Shown: in pieces, positions 13,338 through 27,665 of the stretch
Numbering within the stretch: the first letter of the stretch is position 1
How the letters are laid out: each line of letters opens with the position of its first letter
Assembly: GCA_964016885.1 (NCBI GenBank)
Contig: OZ024745.1
Location: 28,148,001-28,212,000, forward strand
Source: Eledone cirrhosa
Taxonomy: Eukaryota
Length of the DNA stretch: 64,000 nt
Direction of reading: 5' to 3'
Made by a program: the position numbers and the translations under genes
The notes under the pieces: generated by a model
Seen by the model: only the letters and a program-made list of their open reading frames with translations
Database searches by the model: none
Told to the model about the DNA's origin: nothing

Positions 13338-13947
13338 TGTAGTGAAATCTGTCCGCGCCTTGAACCTTGGGTGACACCTAAAGGTCAAATTCTAGGTCAT
13401 CACCCTTTTGGTGTGAACAGGTTCATGCATGGGCTATCCCCTAAAGGTGGGAGGCAGGAAACGACAGGTATATAAAGCCTATATTTTCCCACCTTGAACA
13501 TATAGATCGGAGCTCTACGATACACAACAAACTATGTAAAGATTCACCGCTATCAACAGACCCTAGAGGTCTATAGAGATACAGAGAGATCAGAGCCCTA
13601 CTACTACAGACCCGCTATGTGAAAGATATTCCGCTATCTACAAGCCACAGTGGTCTACAATCAATTACAGACCATTACTATCTCTCACTCACTATGGTCT
13701 CAGACTCACGACGAAAACTACTATGACGACTGCAACAAACTTTAACCACCAACAAACTTTATCTCGTCGCTCGCTGTTTTCATATCAACAACAAAATAAC
13801 ATTGCTAACCTTTGCAACTCTTGGTAACTGTTTTATTGTACTTTTTGATTGAAGTGAAGTAAAGTAAACCATATATAAACTAAATCATTTATTATTGTTA
13901 ATTCATCTAATAACTTAATACCCTTCGTTAAAAAGGTATATACTAGA
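13338..13947 (+). mobile_element. Possible solo LTR whose first 84 bp are duplicated at 13032-13115
   Basis: Starts TGTAGT and ends ACTAGA (one base from ACTACA), with TATATAAA at about 13469. No TSD found. Confidence 0.4.
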
Positions 13948-15214
13948 AATGGAAAAACATCAGAAATTGAAGTAGAACATCTAAAAGAGAGAAGAATACA
14001 CAATAGTTGGTTTAACCACAGAAATAAACAAAAATTCCAAAGAAAAATGTTTCAAAAGTAGGTGAAACTCAACAAAACCTTCGGAACATAAACAACAATA
14101 CTATTTTCGTTTAAAAGTATCTTCAATTAGATGAAACATCGTTTGCATTTAGAAGAAATTCCTATTTTTTCACAAAAACATATGAACTAGCAAACTGTGA
14201 AATCAGTCCTAAATTTTGAGCCGGCGTCAACTATTTTCAATGTAGCCTGAAACATACTAAAGCTCTATAAAGTAAGAAAAATAATATCTAATAGAACTCT
14301 CTCAACTATAGTAATCAATTTTTTTACTATCTAGAGTATCTGGAGTCAGTTTGTCCAGGAAGGAAATTCGTGACTAATTCCTAGTCTTTGGTGATTTTCT
14401 TTTTGATATTTTGGGATTATATTTTTTTCGACTTTGTTATGTCATGTGATATCAGACCTAAGTTACTAAATCAACCATGTTTTCCCCATGTGAGAGCTGA
14501 TCTCAGCTAACAATCCTATTCACTAAATTAAAAACGAGAATCATCAGAAAGAGTAATAAATTATTTCATAACCCATAAAGTTCTGATGGCATTACTATAG
14601 ACAACAACCACTTAGTATTAGCGGCTTGACAACATTTTACTGGCTTCAGATAGTTAATTCAACATAAGGTAGATGTCGGCAATATTCTGCATCATATCAA
14701 CAGCTTATATAGGCTATTACACATTATACTAAATATCTGAGTGTGCTTGCTAGCTTTTGAAATTTCAAATGTCGTATGCATCATTATATCTGTCAATCTA
14801 TCTATCTAATCATTATATACATCATATAAGTGTGTGCACGTGTATGCATTTGTATACGTTGATGTTACACACACACACACGCGCGCGCGCGCATCTGATA
14901 AGAGCAAAGTTAGGAGAAAGAGGAAGTTGGAAGGTCAAGAGAGGATGGTTTACCAGAATGGATGAGGTGGGAAGGCAAGTAATCCGCCGTATTGGTAAGT
15001 CCAGATCCTATATATATATGTATATATATATGCACACAAATATATATATATATATATATATCCAGGGGGTGTAACTTGGAGTTACTGTAGGTTCACCCGG
15101 GAGAGCACTCGATGTTTAGGTTCACTTCTGTGATGAGGTGTAGAGCTATACAGAGTGTAATATATTGAAAGGATAACAAGGGCGATTGGTTACTCCTTCA
15201 TTACATTTATTGGT

Positions 15215-15302
15215 AGGGGACGCGCGTTTCGCCACTGATCAGTTCAAGGTTCGATCTGTATCGATCCTACCCGACTCAATGATCGGCAGCTCGACGGACC
15301 CT
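15215..15302 (-). ncRNA. Decayed hammerhead with an extended stem II, inside a TA-flanked element of about 250 bp (15061-15312)
   Basis: The minus strand reads AGGG-T-CCGTCGA-GCTGCCGATCA...TGATCAGTGGC-GAAAC-GCGC-GTC-CCCT. The 3' half is canonical, but the 5' core has two substitutions. Confidence 0.55.
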
Positions 15303-15310
15303 TTAAAATG

Positions 15311-15355
<45 letters not shown>

Positions 15356-15450
15356 GTATGTATGTAAAAGGTAAACAGAAATAACAACACAATCGGTACA
15401 GTATATGGAAGGAATATATTAGGTTAACGCTTGAAATAGCAGAAAGTGGA

Positions 15451-15486
15451 TCTTAATGTTTCCGACTCTAGTCCTTCATCAGAAGA
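15451..15486 (-). ncRNA. Minimal hammerhead ribozyme, paralogue of 4092-4127
   Basis: The minus strand reads TCTT-CTGATGA-AG-GAC(TAGA)GTC-G-GAAA-C-ATT-AAGA. Confidence 0.7.
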
Positions 15487-15716
15487 AAGAATGAGAAATT
15501 AGAAAGATTGAAGGGACAGGCAGGGCGGAATCGGAATTGTTTTTAAGACAGTTGGTTTTCGTATTTGTTTTGTGAGATTCGTGACCTCTTGCCGTGAAAT
15601 CGTGTGTCGAAACAGATATTGTTATACTTGATAATATGAAGTAAATATAAGAAAATCAAAACGAAAAAGAGACGCATATGAACGCTTACATACTTACCAT
15701 CATATATATGCGCGGA

Positions 15717-15849
<133 letters not shown>

Positions 15850-17283
15850 AAAAGGCCTGCGTTGCTAAGAATATCGAATATGAATCAAAAAGGAAGATGT
15901 CGGCAACGGCCTGCATCCTATCAACAGCTTCTATAGGCTATTACACATTATACTAAATATCTGAGTGTGCTTGCTAGCTTTTGAAATTTTAAATGTCGCA
16001 CGAGACAAAAACGACGGAATAGCAGATTGAGTGAAGAGAAGCGGATGTTCGTTTTTCCGTTGTCTTTGTCTTGTGTGTGCACCCCCTTTACGTACCCCTC
16101 CCCCCTCCACCTTACAATATGCTACATAATAATCGGTTTCGATGTAAAACGATGGTGCCGATACTAAAGCTGCATCCGCAGTTTGTTAGGCTCCAGCTAC
16201 CAACAAATGAACAAAGAGAAGACGGATATGCAGAATACGAAAGTCTTTCTAAAATACATTATCAAGAAAAAAGGTACCTACTTGAAATTGATGCAAAAAA
16301 CAAAAACAGAGGACTGCTACAAGAAAGAACAATATCATCATAAAATAGATTCTTGAGAATGTAAATATGACGTGTACGGGTATGCAGGTGGGAAAACGCT
16401 AAACACAGAAAATGTTAGCCTTGTTGACCTTGAAAGCGGAGAACGAAATTCTAACTATGTTAACACAAGAACAGTAGGTTAGAAAGGGAAGTTTAACCGG
16501 TGACAGATAAAGTGGACAAAGAAGGGTGAAAATAGCTTTCTGTTGGGATTTTGCAACCGTCTGCTTTCCTTTTTGTTACAATGAAAAGAAAGTTGACTCT
16601 GATGGAATCGTGAAACCTCGGACTCGAACATATGATATAAAATACTGTGGAATATTTAATCCCTATATTTCATCTACTGTTTCTATCAATCCAATAATCT
16701 TTAGCAGAAAATTTGATGATTGACAAAAAAGAAGAACAAATAGATTAACGCATAAACACACAAAAATTCATCAAACCTCTATCGCAATCACTTCAATTTT
16801 TTCCCTTTCAAACATCATTTCATAATGGCTGATTCTTCTCCTTTTTGTATTCTTTCTTTTTTTTTTTTTTTTTTTTTTTTTAGTTTTTCATCCCACTTTC
16901 CCCGAAAGTAAGGTCAATTTAATATGGTACTCAAATCATTTCGTTGATTATCACATTCATTCATTTTTCATAATAGTTTATCGAGACAGCCTTTGGTGAT
17001 ATTACGTATTCAATTCAGTATTTTTTTTTTCTTCTATAGAACATTAATTTATATTCAGCTCTCATCGCGTCATCAGCTTTCATTGCTTGTGAATTAGAAA
17101 GTAAATGAACGCCATATTGTGTCTCATAGCAACCCCCTTGTCATATCATTGTTATTGACAAATATCTAAAAGCCAATACTCTCCATATAGGAAGTAATAA
17201 ATGACAGGCTTTTCTAATTCCCTTACCTTTCAAAATAAAAAGGAATGCGTTAAAAGTGCAAGTGAAAGCGAAGCATCCATAAT

Positions 17284-17487
17284 GTACGACTTTGGCTGAA
17301 AAGTTCATAGGATGACCAAGATACTCTCATGGAATGACCAAGTGGGGTTTATTTTTCAACATATTCCCTGAAAAGAAACAATGCAGTTATTAATAAGAAG
17401 AGTTGAAATTAATGCATGTAAGATTTCACAGGTCTAGCATCATTCTTTCATAGTCAGCCTGTAAACATTCCAGCCGATCCTTGTAAT
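17284..17487. mobile_element. Mariner-type MITE (about 200 bp)
   Basis: Termini TACGACTTTGGCTGAAAAGTTCATAGG and GCCTGTAAACATTCCAGCCGATCCTTGTA. Relatives at about 27950-28152 (complete), 12052-12225, 6495-6590 and 20540-20580. Confidence 0.75.
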
Positions 17488-18079
17488 ACAGTGCTTGCTT
17501 TAAAGAGTTGCGGGAGTGAAAATGAGCCAGAGAATATTTTTAATAAAGCTGGTATGTAGTTTAACAGCAAACAGTTTGTAACCTTGTATCGTTTTGTAAT
17601 AAAATATAGTCTCCTAGGTTATCGATGTTATCCAACTATCTTGCTTGGGGTCAGCTTCTCGGTCTCCTGCCTGTTGGATTTGCCAGTAAAATATATACTG
17701 CGATTCTTGCCTCCGACAATTTAACCGCATGCTTGTTGTACTCTAGTTGTGATCACTCGGTGCGGAGAACCATAGGCAAAGGTAGGCCTGAATACCGAGT
17801 TTGGTTTTTGCACCTGCTTCTCCTCTTCTAATGGCCGTGTGCTGAAACCTCGATGGGTCTCTCACTACCTACACACATACAAATCATACAAATTAAACAA
17901 AACTCTTACACAAATATGAAAATCAAATAACCCGATTGACCGGAGACTTCCCAAGGTCAATCACAAAAACAATATACAAACACCTAACCGTGGAGACGCC
18001 ACAACCAAGAAAAAAAGGATGGATTAGCCGCCCTTCATTCACACGATCAGTGTAAGTGATCCTTTTTACCTTTGCTCCT

Positions 18080-19780
18080 TTTCATCGAACACAGAATAGG
18101 CAGTGTAGATGCACGTGGCCTGGAGTCGTCTTTGAATCAGACTAACTGAATATAGATGTAGTGGCCATAAGCGAGCCGAGAATTTCCGAGGCACGAACCT
18201 TCGTATCCATTTTCGGTGACGATGAGTTGTACACAAACCTGTTCAGACGTTTCCAACTGTCTGTCAAGTTCTGACTGGATTTTCCGAATGTGCCAATGAG
18301 GACATAGTCAAAAAGCATCGGGTCATCCAAATCGTATCTAGATAGATGGGATATTCTGTAAGGACGTAGATAAGGCTAGCATAGGTTGTCCATAATTCAA
18401 AATACAGATGCAATTGGCAACAGCAAATGGTGGTTCGCTCTGAAACGGGAGATTAAAATAGAATTGATGGGGTAAAGGAATAGCAATAGAGAAAACTAGG
18501 TTAGAGGGAGAGTTAGTTAGAAAGCTAAACGAGGTCTTTAGAAAAGATATCACGACAGACGTGCTTGCGGCGAGATTGTTCCTCGACCAAAGCACGAAGG
18601 CTGTGTTTCGGGAGCTGGACACGAGGGGACGAAAGACGTTAGACCATAAAACCTTAACCCGGTCATTAGTAAACCATAGCGGGCGCATGTTACTCGATCT
18701 CAAACCAATGTGTGCAAGCTTTCGGCGTCACTTCGCTCAACTTTTCGGAAGCAGTGGTAGGTCGAATCGTGGCATTGACTTCAGTACATCCCTTGACGGC
18801 CTAACGCGACTCTCTGCGTCTGAGGCAGAATGTTACGAAAACCCGATAGCAACCACTTAGATATATTTGGTGATGACTAGCTGCACGAGGTGCGAATCGC
18901 CTGGTTTGGATGATCTGCCCAACGAACTTTATGCTTAGATGCCAGGCTTGTTCGGTGACCTCTTAGCAGATGTCTATTGCAACTGGTAAGAGAACTGTGA
19001 CACTGCTGAGATATAGCCCGAATAAGGGGCGCTATATCGATAATTTTTTATCCATAACTCAGCTAAATGCAGAGTTCAAAATTTTGGCCAAGGTGTTAGC
19101 AGCGTGGTTGGCGCTTGTCGTAGAGTGTCTCTTGAGGCGGAGACATGCGACATTCCAAACAGGTACATCCACGACAACCACCACCATGAGATATATCATA
19201 TAGAGCATAGCTAAGGAACCTGGCACGGGTGGGGCCTTGATCAACTTACATCAATTGAAATCTTACGATAGGGTCGTCCATCGGTAACTGGTGAGGTTCC
19301 TCAAGGCAGCTGGTTTGGGGTCCGTTTTCAAGGGATGGATCGCTGCAATGCCTAATGACATCTAGTCGCTGATCAAAGAGAAAGGCTACCTCTCGGAATC
19401 ATTTAACATTATGCGCTCGGTCTGCCAAGGTTGTCTGGAACGAGGTACCGAGTAGAGTGGCTCTTCTCATCCAGGAATGGACTGAAGGTAATCTATCCCT
19501 GAAATGTCGGGTTGGGGTGGCGAATGATTACCTTGTGTCAGCCATCTACTATAGCCTCACCGCCATGTCTTGTTCTTGTCCACATTTGACTGCACTGGGG
19601 CGTTGCATTTACTCTTCCACTTTTTGTGGAAGAGACACATTCGGATGGTCATGCGATCTATCTGCTGTTAATACCCGCTGCATGGAGGACGTGGAATGAT
19701 GTGACTGAATGATTCGCAGACATGCGCTATGGCTATGACCTCTCCAGCTTTTCTTTCAGGAAGAGCAGGTTGTTTTATCT
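18080..19780 (+). mobile_element. Heavily decayed Tx1/L1-like LINE ORF2
   Basis: Residual motifs LNAEFKILAKVLA, ALINLHQLKSYDRV, RSVCQGC and WxxxNLSLKCRVxVAN appear in the expected RT order, with many stops. Confidence 0.75.
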
Positions 19781-20149
19781 GCCTCGTGGTGAAAGAGTTC
19801 GTGCGGTGGACACCTCTGAAACGTTGAAGATAAGCACTTTCCTCTTCGATGAAACCCTGATTAACTTTTTCAGGTTTCACTTGAAGAGGAAAATCCGGGT
19901 GTAGAGGAAAGTGTTACATACCAGCCGGTGTATACGTTTGTAGAGTAAAGGAGGACAACAGGGTGACTGTGGCTTTTTGTTGGCTTTCTCCGTGAATGAC
20001 CTCGGATGTTTCCTCGCTGTTAAAGAATTTATTTTTTGTTTTAATTTTTACATGTTTTGTTATATCTATTTTGCACGCAAAAAAAAACAGTTTATCCATC
20101 TTTATGTTTTTCCTCCCCTTTATCTCCCTCCTCCTTTTTCTTTGCCTAC

Positions 20150-20500
20150 TTATTCCTGGGAGGATCGTAGGGGCAGAGTCCTCAAACACGTTTTTCAGAA
20201 TGTCCTAGCAGAAACAACCGCCTTCAATTGAGCCTGTTGGATCGCCAAGCTAAACCAACCGATCTCATAGATGTTATCCATCTACTTTGCTTGTGGTCAG
20301 CTCCAGAGTCTCCTGTCAGTTGGCACAAACACCTAATTGAAGATAACGAGTTCAGTTTTTACACCTTCTTTTGGGGACTGAGTGCTGAAGCTGGTGCTCT
20401 ACTACGCCAGTTCCAGCAATTCTTGCATTCATGTCAGCCTCTTGCCTTCCATCACTCGTGATAACGGCCCCGAGATAATTGAACTCCTCCACCTGCTTCC
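20150..20500 (-). mobile_element. LINE 3'-end family with a (GAA)n-type tail
   Basis: The motif TTCCTGGGAGxxTCGTxGGGGCAGAGTCCTCAAACAC recurs next to (CTT)n at about 23315-23440, 26280-26380 and 26660-26830. Confidence 0.55.
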
Positions 20501-21009
20501 AGGGACTATGCTGAAGAATAGACTATGCTAAAGAATAGACCATCTTGGTCAGCCTATGAACTTTTCGGCCGTCCCTCCTATTTGATATAATTGTTTCTAC
20601 ATTTGGCACAAGGCCAGCAATTTGAAGGGAGGCGAAAGTCGATAAAATCGACCCCAGTGCATGACTGGTACTTTATTCTATCGACCCCTTAAAATGAAAG
20701 GCAAAGCGCACCTCGGCGGAATTTGAATTCAGAACGTAAAGGGCCATAACTCTGTGCTGCAAAGCATGGTGTCTGACTTTCTACCGATACTGCCAATCCA
20801 AATGTAAATCAGTTACCTTCCGTTAAATACTACTAGTTACCTCCCCTTAAATATATTATATAATTTGGAAGAGTTGTCTTCCTTAGATATTTGTATATAA
20901 ATTCTTTCTACCTACGTATCTCACTAAATTTTTACTAAATAAATAGGTTTGTTTACAGTAGTTTATAACTTTGCCTATTAATCCGAATGATGAACAAATG
21001 GGGTCCCAC

Positions 21010-21630
21010 GTGCTGGCCTCCTCAGCCCAACGTGCAGCAGTACCTGGGTTAGTCGCAGACTGCACCAGGTTGCGGCTGGAGAAAGTGTCGCTGCAAGTGG
21101 TATTCCAAACGAGCGGTTTGCCACCGCGGAACGAAGAGATGATCATACCGTCTGGCCTTTTGCCATCCTCTCGGTTCAGCCCCATCGGCTCGAGCTGGGG
21201 GGGGGGAGCCTGCGGCGTCCAAGCCATGTTTAACGACCTCGTTGAAGGCAGCATGGCGTGAAAGACGGCCGGTACTGTGGCAACAGGAAAGCGGGTGGAG
21301 TCCGAAAGAGTCCACGGTGGATCCACCATGAGTCCAAGCCTCAAGGAAACGCCGATGCGCAGGCTATCGTTATCCAGCTGCGTGTCAGTAGAAAAGAAGG
21401 GCAAGGCATGGAGCCAGGCACCACTGTGGGGTTTGGAGGCCGCGCGAAAACAGGCAAGGCGGTGCTGGTCGAGCTTGAGCGTGAGCCTGTCTGAGGTCAG
21501 GCTGTGAACACAGAGGGTTCTATTGTATTTTGGAGAACCCTGCTGACGAGGACGCGGCATGAGGTTACCGATGAAAGAAACGCCGGAAAAGCCAGCGAAA
21601 TCGGGGACCGGAGGCTAAGCCCGCCATATC
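21010..21630 (-). mobile_element. CRE-like non-LTR retrotransposon fragment (zinc knuckle plus RLE endonuclease)
   Basis: Motifs PHSGAWLHALP, LRIGVSLRLG, HPLSC...GRLSRHAAFN and LEPMGLNREDGKRPDG...GKPLVWNTTCSDT, with frameshifts. Confidence 0.85.
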
Positions 21631-22090
21631 TGACAGGTAAAGTGGCCTGTTGTCATCCAATGTCGTCAAACCTGACGTTGCATTATTATTTGTTTTTATA
21701 TTCAAACGTTTTTTTTTCCTTTGTAACTAAATGTCAGATAATATTTAGTAAGTATTAAAAAAAATATATTTTATTACTGAAAGGTTTGTTCAATGAGAAC
21801 ATCTAAATTGAATTTTTGTATCTCTTATCTCTTTTGTTACGTCAACTGCGATAAGGATTCATTGTTCTCGTTTAGCTCTGAACAACCATGATCGTCCCAG
21901 CTTATTTTCAGGACCTTGATTTAGGACTACCTTATCAAACGTGTGTGTCTGTGTCTGTGCGTGGATGTGTTTATGTGTGTGATGCTGTGTGTGTGCTTGT
22001 ATGTGTACTCGTGTGTGTGTGGTTGCGTGTGTATCTGTTTATGTGTGTGTGGATGTGTATGGATGTGGATGTGTGTGTATGTGGATGCGT

Positions 22091-22195
<105 letters not shown>

Positions 22196-22769
22196 TGGAA
22201 TGTGTGGCAGATGTGTGTCTGCGTGTGTTTGTATGTTCTCATTGTTGTTGTTCTTGTTTATTTGGGGGGGGTTTTAGACGTTAAATCGTGACTTGATAAC
22301 GATTTGACTGCTATTTCTGGGGCCTAGTGACTGTCCCTCCCCCACTCTTTCTTTCGTTGCATGATCCTTCTTTCTTTTTCTCATTTTCACCTTCTTTTTC
22401 CTTCCCCCAATAAAACCGGTCAAGAATTCTTCAAACAATATTTGTTTTGTTTTTCATCGCCTCTAAAGGCGTCACTTTCTTTACATTATTTCTCGTGTAG
22501 ACGTTCTTTTTTCTTTCTTTTTTCCTTCTTTCTTTTCCTTTTTTCTTTTGCACTTGCTTAATCTAAAGTCTAACGTCTGTTTCGAGCCCGGGGATTCATC
22601 AGACCGGTACTTATCCCAGCTTCCTTGACGTTAAGCGACTGAAAGTACAAGACTCTTCCTTGGACAGGAGGCCATCCGTCGCAGGGTTAAACTCCCAGCT
22701 ACTGCTGGTAGTCATTTTCAGCTGAGTATACTGGAACAACGCGAAATCAACACAACACATAACTATCTC

Positions 22770-23185
22770 AATTATATACACTAGCAGAAAAACTACATTT
22801 CGAGTGGTTTTCTGCTAGCATGTGTAGTGTGTATATTGATATTATACACAAATATATATGCATGTAGATATGATCAAATAAAATCGTAATTGACAATATA
22901 CACAGAAATTGAACGAAGACTGCGTTACACTGTCTTCTGTAATCAGTAACGTAATCCATGGTACATTAAAAAAAGACGATATTATATATAAACTGCATTA
23001 GGAGAAAATTAGTGACGGAAATATATGAATGTTTATTTAAGCGATCGCTAACCGGAAGTGTTGCCTTTTGAACATTTTAAAGAAGTGAATCTTAAAATAA
23101 GCAACAAAATTATTTATATTTAATCAAGAATAACGAAATTTAGTAGATAAATTATGTAATATTCATTCATTATTTATTCAAAGTA
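22770..23185. repeat. About 410-bp interspersed repeat, second copy at about 32195-32605
   Basis: The two direct copies align along their length. Both begin with a CACT(A/G)GCAGAA...TTCTGCTAG hairpin. Confidence 0.85.
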
Positions 23186-23584
23186 ATCCCAACTTATTTT
23201 ACAAACGGGATAAAAAAAACATATTCTGGACGCAGTCCCGCACTCCTTACTTTATTATAGTTTAGATTTGAAATGTTTTGTTGCGACGAATTTAATTTAA
23301 TTACAGTCGTATTTCTTCTTCTTCTTCTTCTTCTTCTTCTTCTTCTTCTTCTTCTTCTTCCTGGGAGTGTCGTGGGGGCAGGGTCTTCAAACACTCTTTG
23401 CAGGGGGTCTTGGCAGAAGCAACCGTCTCCAATTGATCCGAAAGTATTAAGAAAAAACATTAAAATGTTAAACAGGAAGAGAGGAAAAAAGAGAAAAGCG
23501 TAAAGAATAAAATTAAATACTACAAAGGAAAATTGGATGGGGGGAGGGAGAAGCAAATTCTGTACCTTTGGTTGGGCGGAACAT

Positions 23585-23930
23585 CTTAACCACATGCCAT
23601 GGACAAAATGGCGAAAACCTTGCTACAACGACCATTCACTTCGTGAAGCTTCTTCTTCGGGCGGGATGCACTCCCTCCGATTCTGCGGAGGAAAATGACA
23701 GTCCGGTGATCGAGGACATCGGCGGTCACAAAGGCAAACGACACAAAAAGGAAGCGGTTTTTTAAAGTCCGGTATTTGTTTGTCTTCTGTTGCCCTGCGC
23801 CGCGGGTAGCGGTACCCAGCTTTGTGACCGACGTGATAAGTTTGATACAGGAGAAGGTGTCGTATTATGTGAATTCCCAAATTTATGATTTATTTCCCTC
23901 GAACGAGAAAATGGTCATCCTGCTTGGTTG
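23585..23930 (-). mobile_element. CRE-like RLE-domain fragment
   Basis: A minus frame reads GMTIFSFEGNKS*IWEFT*YDTFS...KTNKYRTLKNRFLFVSFAFVTADVLDHRTVIFLRRIG. It is colinear with the fragments at 21010-21630 and 26965-27200. Confidence 0.75.
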
Positions 23931-24040
23931 ATCATGTCACAACTATCTTTGTAGACGTATGAAAATGCCAGACACGTGTTTCCCAAATTTTTGTGCCAAC
24001 GGTGACATTTACACATTCGTTACACACACACACACACACA

Positions 24041-24073
<33 letters not shown>

Positions 24074-26964
24074 TCACGTGCAGATTCATATACTCTTACA
24101 GGACGTTGCTATATGCAGAGATGAATGAAGCTACGCGCCAAACAACAATATTCAAATAACCTAACTGCGTCTCTGTTGCTATAGATACCAAACTAGTTAA
24201 TAATTGTTTCTTCTTTTGGCACAAGGCCATCAATTATCCAGTACATTACTGGTACTTTATTAATAATAATGGCAGTAAAACTGCAAGAAAAAGTTCTTGA
24301 CACTCGTTCTCGCGATCATCAACATACCGCCTTTTGTGATTCAAACGAAAGCGATGTAATTGAAGCCAAAGATTTTTGGATGTCTTTAAATCTGATGCCC
24401 TTCATAACAGCACGCTTAAAATTCACTAACATTGTGGAAAGACATAAGACATTATATCAGAAAAAAACGACACGCTATTTCCCGGATATGGGTAAGTAAA
24501 CAGGCAGAACATTTCTTATTGTTTAACTTCAGGTTGAACCAGCGACTGGGTATTTAGAACCCTAGGCTAGATCTACGTATACTCCAATCCTGCCAAATAA
24601 AATACACAGCAAAGATGTTCAGCGAATAATTTATTGATCGCAGAAAATTATAATACATTTAATTCACTGATACAAATTTGAATAAACCTGAGCCTTTAAG
24701 ATTCAGTAATACACCTCTCTGAGGTTTGTTCTCTTATTGATGTTGCTGGATTCCCACTGATATTAGGACATAATTGAATTCTATGGCGAGGCCTATACCA
24801 GGTATTTCTTCGTCTCCTGTCCTTTTCTTCTTTTTTTTCATTAATAGGTACTTGATTTTATTGCTACTATTTAGATATTATGCTCTGTGCTAACATGTTT
24901 AACGCTAAAATTATTATCTATAGTGGGAGTATTATTATTTATGTCTAATATTAGGTATGTATCTTTAGAAATTATAAATTTTGCTCACACTATTTAAATT
25001 ACTGTGCGAGTATTTAAATGGATTCCTTACTTTATATTTTTCTATAGCTAGGTCCCTAATTGGGTCCTTCCCTCTCGAAATTCTGTTATATGAAGTGTAT
25101 GTTCCAGAAGATAAATTATTACTAAAAACATATGAGTTATAATCTTGTTTACTATTATTTTTACTACGTACCCTTATTGTATTATATATACGGGGTCTTT
25201 GGTTTCTAATATTCTAGGAGGAAATACGTTATTTTATCCTTATAACCTGACCTTTAGTCAACATCCTTTAGTCAGTATGTCTTCGCTTGCTGGCAGTCTA
25301 GATATTCTATTATTGAGTTAGTGATTGCTCTATGATGGTTAGAATGTCTATGTTTATAGTACAAACCTTCACCGAGTTTACGGTAATGCCTGCTTCGTAT
25401 TCTACGAAGTTTATAGTTTTACAATTGTTATCAATCATAATAACTAAAACATATTTTTAAAGAACTTTAATTCCAGATTTTGCTTCCATATCTAGAACTT
25501 GTGCACTAATTCTATAGATTCTACTATGAGGAGTAGAAAATCAGCTTATAAAAAATTCCCATGGACATCCAGTCTTTAATTTTTCTGTTATGGTCGTGAG
25601 ATCTATAATGAATAGGAGGGGGCTGAGAATTGATCCTTGGTAGTCGTCCATTCGCAAGCTAACTTCATCGTTACACTCATCATTAACCCTCACCTGGCAT
25701 AGAGTTACGTCCCTTTACGTTCTGAGTTCAAATCCCGTTATAAAATAAAGTACCAGTCACACCCTGGAGTTGATTTAATCGACTTTCCCACTCTCTTCCA
25801 AAATTGCTGGCCTTGTGCCTCATTCAGAAACCATTATTAACCCTCACCGTATTGGCTGCACGCTTGTTGAACTCTCACAAGCCATTCATCTATCCCAAGC
25901 ATTCATCTATCCCTGTAAATTGAAAAATGAAAAATACCTTTAATCGATATTTGAACGTAGTTTAAGTTATGTGTATCATCTAAACGACCACATGGGAATA
26001 CATAATCAATGAGCTTATATACCCTATCACTATTAGTAATATCCCGAAATGAAGTTACTAATGTGCATGTTATTAGTGCTCATGTAGGAAGTTAATTAAG
26101 ATATAAATTTTCTTGTGCGCTAAACCGCCGAAGAACACGATCCGGTTATATTTGTATATATACAGTATAGAGAAAACCGTGACTGCATAAATGTGTATAT
26201 AAATACTAAATGATAACTATAAATAATAGTTGAATTAGTCGAGTAAAGTACCAATGGACTTATTTCTTGAAGATGGTCTTCTTCTTCTTCTTCTTCTTCT
26301 TCTTCTTCTTCTTCTTCTTCTTCTTCACCCACTTATTCCTGAGAGTGTCGTGGGGGCAGAATCCTCAAACAGTCCTTCTAGCCCTAAGGTGTGAACGCGT
26401 CTCTTGTTAACCCGCTTGAAGGACGATGCGTTATAATTCTTTTTCTTACCTCTAACCATATCGATGTTTTTCTTTTCTTCGAACATTCCAGCAAAAATAA
26501 AATTATTGATACACGATAAATTTCTGCAAGAATTTAACGAACGGAAAAAACTGTGGAGAGAAACATATTATGCGAAGAAATGGAAGCGAATAGCTGTAAG
26601 TTTAATTTCTACCTTTCCTTCTAAACCAATTTTTCTAAGTACAAAATTCTTCTTTCTTCTCTCTTCTTCTTCGCCCACTTATTCCTGTGGGGATAGTTGG
26701 GTCAAAGTCCTCAAACACTCCTTCCAGCAGATCCTGTCAGAAGCAACCATCTCCAACTGATTCATCTGGATCCCCAAGCGAGATCAGCCAAGGTCATGGA
26801 TGTTATCCAACCATCTTCATCAAGGTCCTGGGCAGTTAGGTGGTGAGTGTGAAGAAAATACAGGGATAGAACAAAGAAAGAAGAAGACGGAGAAGTAGAC
26901 AATGCAGCGAGATGAAAATATATAAAGGGCAAGAAAAGAGAAATCTATATAGAATGTAGTTATG

Positions 26965-27200
26965 TGTGACTGCAATGCAGAGGAGAGGAAGATAACTAAA
27001 TACCAAACATTGACCGAACGCTTCCTTTTTGCGTCAGTAGCCGACGAGACCTCAGGTGTCCTCGGTCCCCGAACTGCTATTTTCCTCCGTAAAATCTGGA
27101 AGACAATACCCTGCCTGAAGAAAGTGCCCCGTGAGGTAGGGCGGCTGGTGCAGTAGGTGTCGCTAGCGTTTTATCATTTTGTCCGTGCGGTGCAGCTGAA
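26965..27200 (+). mobile_element. CRE-like RLE-domain 3' fragment
   Basis: AEERKITKYQTLTERFLFASVADETSGVLGPRTAIFLRKI matches the AExxKxxKY...PxAxETxG motif. Confidence 0.75.
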
Positions 27201-27435
27201 ACATACTACTCAGACTGGGGTGTAGAGTCAGTCATTCCTTTTCCTCTCTCCATTTCTTTCGTCACCAGAGTCAATAAAATACGTACCAGCAATATTTTTG
27301 AGGAATGACGATTCAACGATGTATACTCCTCTCCGGCAAACTCTAGAAATCAATATTTTTACACAGATTTAAGGCCTTGTGGAAAGACAAAGTGTGGGGG
27401 GGGGAGAATGTACCCGTATGTGTGTGAGAGAGGGG

Positions 27436-27665
27436 GAGACAAAGACAGAGACAGAAAGAGAAAGACAAAGACAAGGAGAAAGACAAAGACAAAGAAAGAG
27501 ACAAAGAGAGAGAGAAAGACAAAGACAAGGAGAAAGACAAAGAAAGAGACAAAGAGAGAGAGAAAGACAAAGACAAGAAGAAAGACAAAGACAAAGAAAG
27601 AGACAAAGATAGAGAGACAGACAGACAGGCAGACAGTCAGACAGATAGGCATATAGACAGACAGG
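27436..27665. repeat. Purine-rich compound satellite (AAAGAC/AGAGAC/AGAC)
   Basis: Visible hexamer-based higher-order repeats. Confidence 0.9.

Noticed and set aside
23568-23765. Ankyrin-like (VKLLLRAGCTP) or GPCR-like host exon
   Set aside because: Another minus-strand frame aligns colinearly with the CRE-like endonuclease fragments and explains the region better.
24700-25700. Possible ancient LINE on the minus strand
   Set aside because: Only isolated weak hints were seen, and no ordered set of RT motifs could be recovered by eye.
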